From assembly GCF_030684315.1 (NCBI RefSeq), contig NC_081404.1:12963140-13027139 (forward strand): a DNA stretch of 64,000 nt. The letters are read 5' to 3'. This DNA comes from Stegostoma tigrinum (lineage: Eukaryota). This document shows positions 26,150 to 41,075 of the stretch, piece by piece. How positions within the stretch are numbered: position 1 is the stretch's first letter; the number at the start of each line of letters is the position of its first letter. The notes below the pieces were generated by a model. The model was not told where the DNA came from, searched no databases, and saw nothing but the letters and a program-made list of their open reading frames with translations. The position numbers and the translations under genes were made by a program.

Positions 26150-27310
26150 TGAAGAAGGTATGATGGACTAAGCCTTCTGTAAAGCCTTTGACAAGGTTCT
26201 AGATTAATTCGTAAAGTCAGATCACATGGAATTCAGAGTGAGCTTGCTAATTGGATACAAAATTAACTTTATGACAAGCGACAGAGGATGGTGGTAGTGT
26301 TGTTTTCAGACTAGAGGCCTGTGACCAGTGATGTTCCACAGGGATAGGTGCTGGGTCCACTTTTATTTAACACATATAAATGATCTGGATGAAAATATAG
26401 GTGGCTAGTTAATAAGTTTGCAGATGACCCCAAAATTGGTGGTATGGTGGACAGTGAAGAAGGCTGTCTAAGATTACAAAGAGATCTTGATTAATTCGGT
26501 CAGCGGACTGAAGAGTAGCAAATGGAGTTTAATTTGGATAAAATGAGGTGTTGCATTTGGTAGTACCAACAAGGATAGGACTTATGCAATTAATGGTAGG
26601 GCCCTGGGTTGTGTTTGTAGAACAGAGACACCTAGGGGTTCAGGTACATAATTCTTTGAAATTTGCACCGCAGACAGGACGGCTAAGAAGGTGTTCGGCA
26701 CATGTTCTTTCATTGCCCAGTTCTTTTAGTATAGGAGTTAGGGTTGTACAGGACAATAGTGAGGCATCTTCTGGAGTACTGTGTGCAGTTCTGGTTGCCC
26801 TGTTACAGGAAGGATATTAAACTGAAGAGGGTTCAGAAAAGATTTGCCAGTATGTTACCAGGAATTTTGAGATATAAAAATAAATAGGAAAAGCTGGGAC
26901 CTTTTTCACTGAAGTGTAAGTTGAGGGGTGACCTCAATGAGGTCTGTAAAATCATGAGGGGCATAGGTAAGGTGAATGGCAAGAGTCTTTTCCCAAGTTT
27001 GGAGGAGTTCAAAGCCAAAGGCATTTTTTTTTAAGATGAGAGGAGAAAGATTTAAAAAGAACATGGGTGGGGGGGGGTGGGGCAATTTTTTTACACTATG
27101 GTTCATATGTGGAATGGACTGCCAGAGAAAGTGGTGGATACAGGTACAGTTACAGTCTTTAAAAGACATTTGGATAAATACATGAATAGAGAATATTTTG
27201 AGGGAAATGAGCCAAGTGCAGGCAGGTGGGACTAGTTTAGTTTGAGAGTATGGTTGACATGGATTGGTTGGACTAAACGGTCTGTTTCTGTGCTGTTTGA
27301 CTCTATGGCT
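26150..27310 (+). mobile_element. CR1/HER1-like LINE, RT to 3' end
   Basis: KAFDKV, GVPQG-like and KFADDPKIGG remnants, then the 3' end GGTCTGTTTCTGTGCTGTTTGACTCTATG. Short 3' ends of this family also occur at ~41675-41920 (+) and ~45175-45378 (-). Confidence 0.85.
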
Positions 27311-27837
27311 GAATGGTCTCTTTCTACACTGTAATGATGCTGTGATTAATCTGTGAATGAAATTATTGTTGTACTGAAAATTATCTCCAAATCCTCCACC
27401 TTGTTCGAAGCTAACTGTTTTACAATTGTCTTCAGAAATCTTTAACTACAAGTTGCATTTATACATGACATTTAAGGTCGTAAATGGCCCACAAGAGCAG
27501 TATCAGACAATTTGTGGTTTGGACATTTTAGTGCAGGTGACCAAAAGTTTAATGGAAGACATAGGTTTGAAGCAGTGTCTGAGAGATGTAGAGAGTTCAG
27601 AGGAGAGATTTTCTGAGCTTTGGGCCTTGGGAGTTGAAGGCAAAAAGGGAAGCATAAATCAATTTGTTTTCTTGAGTTTTCTACCCAAAGGCAGGTCCTT
27701 GGCAATTATTCATCTACCACAGCTAAGCACTTGGATTTTTTTAAAACTACAGGTAGGGTGATAAAGCAGACCCCCAATACTATCTCTGCTAGAATGCAGA
27801 TTGAACTCCTTGCTGTTAACAAAAATCTGATCAACTA

Positions 27838-28135
27838 GCTGTCCAGCCATTTTTGAGATAAAACATTAAACCATGCACTGTCTGCCCTTTCAGTTGGATG
27901 TAATGACAATATCCAAATACTTGCAGCAAGATCTCTCCAGTACCCTGCAAAAAAAAATTACAAAAGTAGATTAACAAATCTTGATCACATTGCTGTTTGT
28001 GGGTGCTTTCCGTGCACAAATTGGCTGTTGTGTTACAACAGTGACGATACCTCAAAAGTGCTCATTTTCAATCAAGTGTTTTGGCAGATTTTCAAAACGG
28101 TGAAAAATGCCACAGAAATTCAAGTATGTTTTCTT
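27838..28135 (+). mobile_element. Deu-domain SINE remnant
   Basis: GAGATAAAACATTAAACC…CTGTCTGCCC…CACATTGCTGTTTGTGGG…GTGCACAAATTGGCTG. Confidence 0.6.
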
Positions 28136-29371
28136 TCTGAAACGATAGAACAAATTTATTTCATTTTCTGCTACAAAAGCTGGTAATGTCCTGAAATAAC
28201 TTTATTCTTGTCCCTTTCATTCTGTCTCTTTCATAGTTAGAAAGTGCAGCAACTCCTCAATTTCAGGCATTTGCTACAGAGGCTGGTGTGGCCTAGTGTT
28301 AGCTTATTTGCTGCAGTCAAATCATGAATGAGTGCCTGGGCACGTGGTAGACATATGGACAATTGATTACATCTAATCTAGACACAGTGTCAACAGATTA
28401 TTTTTGCCCATGATAATTGGTGAAGGACATCAGACAAGGTGAATTCTGGTCTCTTTTCACCATGAAAATCAGAAAGACTCATGTGCTCCCTCAACTCATA
28501 GAGCATCTCATTACACTTTTTTTGTATGTGTCAATGGTAAGGACTATTGTCAGGATCCATTCACCAACAATAATTTGAGATGGCCCCAGACACCATACCT
28601 GACCCTCAGATTCTAATTTCTGGTCTCAGGGTGCTGACATGTTGCAGCTATCCATTAAAAGAGGGGAAATTAAATTTGTGAGCTAATAGCAATTCATGCC
28701 AAATTCTAAATAATAATATCTGAACAAGTGTATTTTGACTTTGAATTAAAATATTTTGTGCAGCCTAAGAACATAACCCTAGACTATTTCAACTTGCGTT
28801 ATTGGTAATGATTTAATTCTGCACCTCACCCCTGATGCTTCTGGAGAAATTGCAAATGGATGCAGATACTATGGTGAAGGGAATGTTTTGTTTCTTTAAT
28901 TTGATCTCATGATATGGATGACACTGGTTAGACAGCATTTACTGTCCATCCCTAATCACTCTGAGAACTGGGGATGGACCCACCCCCCAATCAAGCTGTT
29001 TCAATCTACATTAGAGGTGACTGCAGATGATAAAAGCATCTGGTGTTGTAGGTGATATATCAGCAGGGATAGAGGATTGGTAAATGGAGAGTTGGAATAA
29101 TTTAGTCATTTTCAGGTGGGCAAATTGTTAAAAGCAGGATATTATTTGAATTGAGGGATATTGCAGAATTTTGCAATACAGCATGTCCTGGGTGCCTTTG
29201 TATGCAAACCAAATGAAGGCACCAAGCAGGTACAAGCAAGTTGTGAGTTAGACAAATGGAACGTTGACCTGTTTTTGAGTGGAATATACAAGTAGGAAAG
29301 TCTCGCTACAACCGGACAGGAAATTGGTGAGATAACACCTGGGGTACTGTGTGCACTTTGGCCTTGTTATT

Positions 29372-29990
29372 TAAAGAGGAGACCATGGTATTGTCACTGA
29401 TCTCAAAATCCAGAACCACAGGTTTATGTTCTGGGAACATGGGGCTGAATCCCACCGTTGCAGATGGTGAAATTTGAATTTGAATTCTGGTTGTGGGGGG
29501 AGGGGTGTGGGACGGGATAAGATAGCCTAATGGCCACCGCGTAACCATGATCAATTAAAGAAGTTACCCTCCTCCCTCCGGACAAACCTCAGGGGATCTC
29601 TATCCATCTTCAATCCGCCTCCCCCTCTCTCCCTATTTATTTCAGAACCGTCTCCCCAACCCCCCTTTCTGATGAAGGGTCTAGGCCCGAAACGTCAGCT
29701 TTTGTGCTCCTAAGATGCTGCTTGGCCTGCTGTGTTCAGGCAGCTCCACACTTTGTAATGTCGGATTCTCCAGCATCTGCAGTTCCCACTATCTCTGATC
29801 ATCTATTATAAAAACCATCCTGGTTCACTAATGCCCTTTAGGGAAGGAAACTGCCATCCTTGCCTGGTCTGACCTACATATGAGTCCAAACCTGCAGCAA
29901 TGTGGTTGACGCTTAACTGCCCTCTGGGCAATTAGGGATGGACGATAAATTCTGGTCCAGCAGCGATACTCACATCCTGTGCACACATTT
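29372..29990 (+). mobile_element. tRNA-derived SINE with LINE-derived tail, nested in a CR1 remnant (~29030-30230); related copy at 49815-50000 / 51095-51210
   Basis: AATCCCACCGTTGCAGATGGTGAAATTTGAATT head and GGGCAATTAGGGATGG…CACATCC tail, shared with the 35.5-36.5 kb LINE family. Confidence 0.6.
29558..29800 (+). mobile_element. Non-autonomous Penelope family-1 derivative nested in a SINE
   Basis: Shares GAAGTTACCCT…GGACAAACCTCAGGGGATCTCT with 18029-18070, followed by a pLTR with an intact core at 29669-29696. Confidence 0.75.
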
Positions 29991-30695
29991 TTAAAATCTG
30001 AAATACAATACGTGCATTGGCAGCTGTCAAAGAAGGTTCACTAAACTGATTCTGGGGATGACTGAGTTGCCTTACAAGGAAAGGTTCAGCAGGTTTTGCA
30101 TATGCTCATTAAAGTTTAGAAGAATGAGAAGTGATCTCATTGAAACATTATCAGATTGCAAAGCGCTTGAAACGCTAGATGCTGCGAGATGTTTCCCTCA
30201 TGAGGGAACCTAGAACTAGGGGGCAGAGTTCAAATGTATGGAGTGGTAATTGACCAAATTGTAATTTTTGTGGCCAGGGCATGCCAGAGCAATTTACCAC
30301 ATAGACAGGTAGATGGCAGTGTTGTAACTATAGTGGAACCACTTGCTGGGATGAAGGAACCTGAGGAGTAGGATGGAAAGATAATAAAATGTGAGGCTGG
30401 ATGAACACAGCAGGCCAAGCAGCATCTCAGCAGCACAAAAGCTGACGGTTCGGGCCTAGACCCTTCATCAGAGAGGGGGATGGGGAGAGGGAGCTGGAAT
30501 AAATAGGGAGAGAGGGGGAGGCGGACCGAAGATGGAGAGTAAAGAAGATAGGTGGAGAGAGTATAGGTGGGGAGGTAGGGAGGGGATAGGTCAGTCCAGG
30601 GAAGACGGACAGGTCAAGGAGGTGGGATGAGGTTAGTAGGTAGATGGGGGTGCGGCTTGGGTTGGGAGGAAGGGATGGGTGAGAGGAAGAACAGG

Positions 30696-31926
30696 TTAGG
30701 GAGGCAGAGACAGGTTGGACTGGTTTTGGGATGCAGTGGGTGGGGGGGAAGAGCTGGGCTGGTTGTGTGGTGCAGTGGGGGGAGGGGACGAACTGGGCTG
30801 GTTAAGGGATGTAGTTGGGGAAGGAGAGATTTTGAAGCTGGTGAAGTCCACATTGATACCATTAGGCTGCAGGGTTCCCAGGCAGAATATGAGTTGCTGT
30901 TCCTGCAACCTTCGGGTGGCATCATTGTGGCACTGCAGGAGGCCCATGATGGACATGTCATCTAAAGAATGGGAGGGGGAGTGGAAATGGTTTGCGACTG
31001 GGAGGTGCAGTTGTTTGTTGCGAACTGAGCGGAGGTGTTCTGCAAAGCGGTCTCCAAGCCTCCGCTTGGTTTCCCCAATGTAGAGGAAGCCACACCAGGT
31101 ACAGTGGATGCAGTATACCACATTGGCAGATGTGCAGGTGAACCTCTGCTTAATGTGGAATGTCATCTTGGGGTCTGGGGTAGGGGTGAGGGAGGAGGTG
31201 TGGGGGCAAGTGTAGCATTTCCTGCGGTTGCAGGGGAAGGTGCCGGGCGTGGTGGGGTTGGAGGGCAGTGTGGAGCGAACAAGGGAGTCACGGAGAGAGT
31301 GGTCTCTCCGGAAAGCAGACAGGGGTGGGGATGGAAAAATGTCTTGGGTGGTGGGGTCGGATTGTAAATGGCGGAAGTGTCGGAGGATGATGCGTTGTAT
31401 CCGGAGGTTGGTAGGGTGGTGTGTGAGAACGAGGGGGATCCTGTTGGGGCGGTTGTGGCGGGGGCGGGGTGTGAGGGATGTGTTGCGGGAAATACGGGAG
31501 ACGCGGTCAAGGGCATTCTCGATCACTGTGGGGGGAAAGTTGCGGTCCTTGAAGGACTTGGACATCTGGGACGTGCGGGAGTGGAATGTCTTATCGTGGG
31601 AGCAGATGCGGCGGAGGCGGAGGAATTGGGAATAGGGGATGGAATTTTTGCAGGAGGGTGGGTGGGAGGAGGTGTATTCTAGGTAGCTGTGGGAGTCGGT
31701 GGGCTTGAAATGGACATCAGTTACAAGCTGGTTGCCTGAGATGGAGACTGAGAGGTCCAGGAAGGTGAGGGATGTGCTGGAGATGGCCCAGGTGAACTGA
31801 AGGTTGGGGTGGAAGGTGTAGGTGAAGTGGATGAACTGTTTGAGCTCCTCTGGGGAGCAAGAGGCGGCGCCAATACAGTCATCAAGGTACCGGAGGAAGA
31901 GGTGGGGTTTGGGGCCTGTGTAGGTG
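30696..31926 (-). CDS. Partial Penelope RT/thumb-GIY-YIG ORF (open frame, N-terminally truncated)
   Basis: About 410 uninterrupted codons from just before the YLDD motif through the GIY-YIG domain. The ORF-track start lies in the inverted arm and is not a real start. Confidence 0.85.
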
Positions 31927-32475
31927 CAACAAACTACTGCACCTCCCAGTCGCAAACCATTTCCACTCCCCCTCCCATTCTCTAGATGACATGTTCATCA
32001 TGGGCCTCCTGCAGTGCCACAATGATGCCACCCGAAGGTTGCAGAAATAGCAACTCATATTCCGCCTGGGAACCCTGCAGCCTAATGGTATCAATGTGGA
32101 CTTCACCAGTTTCAAAATCTCCCCTTCCCCTACTGCATCCCTTAACCAGCCCAGTTCGTCCCCTCCCCCCACTGCACCACACAACCAGCCCAGCTCTTCC
32201 CCCCCACCCACTGCATCCCAAAACCAGTCCAACCTGTCTCTGCCTCCCTAACCTGTTCTTCCTCTCACCCATCCCTTCCTCCCACCCCAAGCCGCACCCC
32301 CATCTACCTACTAACCTCATCCCACCTCCTTGACCTGTCCGTCTTCCCTGGACTGACCTATCCCCTCCCTACCTCCCCACCTATACTCTCTCCACCTATC
32401 TTCTTTACTCTCCATCTTCAGTCCGCCTCCCCCTCTCTCCCTATTTATTCCAGTTCCCTCTCCCCATCCCCCTCT

Positions 32476-32503
32476 CTGATGAAGGGTCTAGGCCCGAAAC
32501 GTC
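32476..32503 (+). ncRNA. Minimal hammerhead ribozyme motif (PLE type); identical cores at 29669-29696 and 60307-60334
   Basis: CTGATGA-A-GGGTCTAGGCCC (stem II)-GAAA-CGTC: the CUGANGA and GAAA boxes, a GUC triplet and a palindromic ACGT in place of helix III. Minimal hammerheads are an established feature of PLE pLTRs. Confidence 0.75.
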
Positions 32504-34584
32504 AGCTTTTGTGCTCCTGAGATGCTGCTTGGCCTGCTGTGTTCATCCAGCCTCACATTTTATTATCTTGGAATTCTCCAGCATCTGCAGTTCCCATTAT
32601 CTCTGAGTAGGATGGAAAACCCAGTTAACACTTCTGGGTAAAGATGGTTGGACATGCTTTGGCTTTGTCTTTTGCATGGGACTCTCCAAACATTGAGGAT
32701 TTTTGTAGAAATTCCTTCTGCTCTGCTGAGTCGATTGTCTACCACCATTCTACAATTGGATGTGGCAGGATTGCTGAGCTTGAAGGACACTATGACCCCA
32801 GAATTACATTCAGTATGATTCACCATCTCAAGACTTCCAATAATTGCAATGGAGAGCGAACTGAAACCTAAAAGTTTACAAAAAAATTAAGTGACGTTTC
32901 AATGGATTGAACCACATATTAACGTGTTTAGTTGATGTGCATTAAATTTTCCTTACCTGCTAAGCAAATAGTGTGCAGTGCCAGAATGAATATTTATTTC
33001 AAATAATGGGTTGCTTGCTTGCTAATTTCCCTTTTAAGTGCTATGGGAAACTAACTAAGGCTCAGATTTTACAAAAAAGAATTGTTGCTCATTTGGATTC
33101 AATCCTCTAATGCTGCTACAATTTTTATAAATCTGTAGTTTGTTACACAAAAACTATCAGCAATCTTTGGACAGGTACATGGATGAGATAGATCTGTAGG
33201 GATATGAAGCAAATGCAGGCAAATGGGACACGATTAACTGTGTGAAAATTGGATGGCATGGACCAGCTGGGCTAAAGAACCTGTTTCTATGCTGTCAACC
33301 TCTGATTCTCTGCCATGTTAGCAAACATCAAATATGACCGCTAAACATTTCCTCTCTATCTGGGCATAGCAAGGTGAATCTCTCAACCAATTTTGCCCCA
33401 TCCACTCCAAAAATATCACCCATCTCCCTTTGTGCTAGATGTGACTCCAACCAGCAGAGAGATTTCCCTGCAATGCCATTGACTTAAATCTTGTTAGGGG
33501 TTGTTGAAGTCACAAGTTAGCAATTGATGCTGCTCATCACTATCCAGTTACCCCTTGGCCAGTGAGGCATGGATCTAGTTTGGCCGAGATGTCTTGCAGG
33601 GTAAAGTTGTCTAGCCATAATGAGCTAAGGCCCATGTGCTATGAACAGCTACAAGAAATACCAAGAGTCACTGGCATCTTTTTTTTAAATTGCATCCTTA
33701 CAAAGTTACAAAAATCAGGACGAGGGTTAGCACCTAATAGTGCATTAACAATGCTCTGAAATCTCCAACCTTAAAAAGGAAACCCTCTAATATATACATT
33801 TGAATATATTTCAAAAGAAATTCAGCAGTCCTGCATTCCCATGGCTAGTTGCACTCAGCACTGTTTCTCAGAACTATGTTGAGCCCGATCCCATATCCAT
33901 GTTCTCATCAAGTACAGCACTGAGGGTGGAATTGCAAACTTGCATTTTCTGTTAAGTGTTGTGCTATCTGACTTAGTGAAATTCAGCATGGCAACATGAA
34001 GACCAATATCAATACATCAAACTGAAGTATATTACATCCAGCGTATGGATCATTAGAACAAAAGGCTCTTGATTTGTCAGGGGATCAAGGATTGCTGGGA
34101 AAAGGCAGGAGAATGGGGTTGAGAAACATATCAGGCATGATTGAATGGTGGAGCTGATTTGACAGGAGTAAAATTAGGCCATTCAGCCTATGTCTTATAG
34201 TCTAAAACTTACAGCAGCACCATTTCCCTCTTTGCTATCAATTAAGAGGAAGTAGGAATTGTCAAAAGATGCTGAGATTGACATACAAGAAAATTGTTCA
34301 CTTCCCTTTACAAAACAAGGATCTTATTTTAGATTTTTACTGAGCCTCAACTACCCTCATTTTCCAAAATGCATTGAAAAGTTTGATTCCTGGCTAATGG
34401 CATACCCTAGCATCTTAATAGATTTCTGGTTTTCATGTTGTCCTGCAATGTTTGCAAAAGAAAGCTTTCCTGCACATTAGATAGTGTTAAATCAAAGCAG
34501 AAGCCCCAAAACATTTTTCCAGTTAATGGCTTGTCAATAGCAACCCAATACTTGGGAAAAGATATCAAAAGGATATGGTTTAAA

Positions 34585-34758
34585 AAAAATCACATTACAC
34601 CAGGTCATAGGCCAACAGGTTTATTTGAAGACCAGACACCAGAAGGAGGAGCAAGACTCAGAAAACTTGCATCTTCGAATAAACCTGGTGGACTATAACC
34701 TGGTATCATGTGATTTTTGACCTTGTCCATGCCGTGCAACACTGACACCTCCACATCA
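34585..34758. mobile_element. Fold-back short element, third family (related copy at ~6130-6265)
   Basis: Inverted repeats AAAAATCAC…CCAGGTCATAGGCCAACAGGTTTATTTGAAG / CTTCGAATAAACCTGGTGGACTATAACCTGGT…GTGATTTTT, plus a one-sided tail ending CACCTCCACATC. Confidence 0.6.
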
Positions 34759-35499
34759 AAGGATTAGGGAAGACAGCAGAGAAGTCAGATCAACTTCACC
34801 TGTATGTGAGGCCAAAGAGCCTCTGTGCTAAGTTTTTATGACACAACAATTGGAACAAACTTTTTGCTGAAGGGTGTTTTCTTACATCTTAATGGATGAT
34901 TCGACCAGTAGTTCTTCCTTTTAAAGTTTTATCATGTCTTCATTTTGTATTCTAAAGCAATGTACACGATTAAAAATGCACCTGATAGTCCTTTTGTGTG
35001 GAACCCCATTAGTAAAACTTAAAAGAATAAGACTGTTGGTCACAGGACAATGGAAGTAGACATTCATTGTTCAGAATGATGAGTGGTTCCCCCATGGTTG
35101 TGCATTGGCAGAAAATAATTTAAATTACACAGTTGGTTATTACATGGAAGATAGATGCTCTGACTGACAACTCCTAACCTAATCCAACACTCGAGAGGAT
35201 CAGTTGTGATCATGTATCTCCATGCAATGATCCCATGTTCACCTCATAACTCTTGATAGTTTCAGCCTCTAGAAAGCTGCTTAGAAACAAAATGGGAGTG
35301 ACTTGGTCTCCATAACCTTCTATGGTAGAGAATTCCACATGTTCACCACTCACTGAATTAAGATATTTCTCCTGCTCTGGCCATGGGACACAGGATAACA
35401 TCCTTGCATCAAGTTTGGTTAGAAAAATTTAGGTTACAATAAGATACCCCAGTCATCCTTTGAACCTCAAATGAATACAGGACCAAATAAAACCACTAC

Positions 35500-36545
35500 C
35501 TTCTCCTGCCCTCATTGAACCAAGGCTATAAAGGTCAGCAGAAGTACTGAATTCCACAGAGGTGAGATTGACTGCTCTTGGCATCAAGAAGCCTGCGGAA
35601 AAACTGGAATCAAATGGGTATTGGGTGCAAAAATCTCTGATGGTTGAAATCATACCCTGGCAGATAGGAAGATGGCTGTGGGAGGTCAGTCATTTTGGCT
35701 CCTGGACATCTCGGCAGGAGTTCCTCAGGGTTGCATCCTAGGTCAAACCTGCTTCAACAACCTTCCCTCCCTCATAAGGTCAGAAGTGGGGATGATTGCT
35801 CCACAGTCAGCACCATTTGCAAATGCTTATACAGAAACAGTCCATATTCATGTGCAACAAGATGTGGACAATATCCAGGCTTCGGCTGACAAGTGGCAAG
35901 TAATATTCACACCACACAAATGCCAAGCTCTAACCATCACCAACACAAGACTGCTGCTTGGCATTCAAGGGTGTTACCATCACTGAATTCTCCAACTAAT
36001 CAACATCCTGGAGGCAACCAATGGCCAGAAACTCAACAACACAAGAGGTCAGAAAGCTACGAATGCTGTAACAAGTAACTCACCCGACTACCCAAAGCCA
36101 GTCTACCATCTACAAGGCACAAGCCAGGAGTGTGAGGGAATATTTCCCACCTGCCTAGATAGATGCAGCTCCAACATTCAAGAAACTTGACACCATCTAA
36201 AACAAAGCAGCATTCCCAAGAGGCACTACATCCACTCCCTCAAGCAGCCATGTGTACTACCTCCAAGATGGACTGCAGAAATTCACCAAAACTTCTTAGA
36301 CAGTATGAACACTTTCAAGGACAAGGACAGCAGATATATGTGAACACCATTACTTGCAAATTTCCCTCCATGACACTCACAAGCTTGACTTGGAAATATC
36401 AACATTGCCAGGATTTTGTCCTCATGACAGTGAAGCATTCTCTTTGCAATGGCATCATGGGTCAACCACAGCAGTTGAACCACCAGAGGGCAGCAGGGAC
36501 AGACATTAAATCCTGGTCAGCCAGCAACACCTACATCCCACAAAT
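35500..36545 (+). mobile_element. CR1/L2-group LINE remnant (second family)
   Basis: DISAGVPQGCILG…QQDVDNIQASADKWQVIFTPHKCQ RT region. Confidence 0.75.
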
Positions 36546-37192
36546 GATGTAACAAAAAGTTACACCCAACCAATCCCAGGAATCCACCTGGTGAACTGCA
36601 TTCCCTTTTATAGGAGTGCAACTTCTTCTTAGGTAAAGAGACCAAACCTACACAAATACTCCAGGTTTGGTCTCACTGAAAAAAAATCTTGTACAGCTGC
36701 AATAAAACATCCTTACTCTTGCAAGGAAATCATTTTCCAATACAGTCTACCATTCTTCCATAAATTGCTTGCTGGTGGATTTTTTTGCTTTATAAAAAGT
36801 GTGACATCCAACCAAGAACAGCAAATGCAACTATTGGTTTTCAGTATTCAAACTAAGCATTACCATTTTGGGGACAGCTGTATATACCAGGCTGACAATG
36901 CCAAAGTTAAGCATTATACGAAGTCATAGATTAATCTAACATGTCTGTTTTTTTGATTTTGTGTTGAGTGTTGAACTATTGCCTCAGAAGAACAACTATG
37001 TCCTAAATAATAATAATGCAAATTGCAGTGCAAGTTATGCTTGATCAATTAAAGCAGTCAACTGACTGTTCCAAATGGAAATATTTCTCTAGCCAAGAGT
37101 AACAGCAATCATAGACCCAGTGATTTAAATGAATGCCCGTTAAAGTAACTATTGATTTTTTTTAAAAATCCAAACTGAAACCAATAAGCTCC

Positions 37193-37198
37193 TTTATT
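37193..37198 (-). terminator. Poly(A) signal of tubulin copy 1
   Basis: AATAAA on the minus strand about 220 nt after the stop codon. Confidence 0.6.
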
Positions 37199-37415
37199 GC
37201 ATCTGACATGAAAATATGCATATACACAGAAGCAGAGGCATGATTATCAGACCATAGACAAATGTAAAGACAGCTACATATGATACATTGTAGCATAGGT
37301 ACCGTTTTTAAAAGATGGTCTTTAACATCAAAATCAATAGTTCAATGCCAACATGAACCGAGCCTGGACCTTACAACACAAAGTATGCATTTGCAAGTAG
37401 GATAGTAATTCAGGC

Positions 37416-40652
<3,237 letters not shown>

Positions 40653-40739
40653 TTTTTATTCAAGTCAGATAACGATAAGAATGACCTTACAAAGAACGTG
40701 ACTGTTACTTCGCTCGACAATAACGAGTCGATGTAAGTA

Positions 40740-41075
40740 ACCGAATGGGAAACGTTGGCGGATGGCGCCTTTTTATAATAATGGAGGCCGGCCTTAGTCC
40801 AGTCTTTCATTGACATTGGCTCCGAGGAAGAAGGGAGGTGGCGGGAGAAGATGTCAGTTAGAGTGGATTGGGCAAATGTTGGCATTTTAAAACACGTCAG
40901 CTTTAACGTTACAAATTCTGTTTCAGGGACTGCGCAAAAAAAATCACCGCAGAATGTACGAGAAAGGGGGCGAGGGCCTTTCGCTTGAGTAAGTGGTGAG
41001 ATTTGAATTGGAATATCTTCTTTGCCATGCAGCCCTATTCTTCAATTTCACCAGCAGTCAAACCACGCCCTTCAT
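40740..41075 (-). promoter_or_regulatory. Alpha-tubulin copy 1 core and proximal promoter
   Basis: TATAAAA on the minus strand at 40771-40777; CCAAT boxes at 40815-40819 and 40867-40871; TGACGTG CRE-like site near 40892; CCACGCCC GC-box near 41063; CpG-rich. Confidence 0.75.

Larger units (their letters stand above)
30380..32604 (-). mobile_element. Young Penelope-like retroelement (Neptune-like), 5'-truncated, with inverted pLTR
   Basis: Minus-strand ORF 30696-31955 has the RT motif FLRYLDD, a Cys-rich linker (CNRRKCYTC) and a GIY-YIG endonuclease (VVYCIHC…YIGETKRRLGDRFAEH). 31927-32604 is an inverted copy of the 3' end. 14-bp TSD GAGTAGGATGGAAA at 30366-30379 and 32605-32618. Confidence 0.92.

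Noticed and set aside
30614-32333. Many overlapping Pro-, Gly- or Arg-rich ORFs
   Set aside because: Alternative frames of the C-rich, stop-poor Penelope sequence; only the RT-GIY-YIG frame has recognisable motifs.
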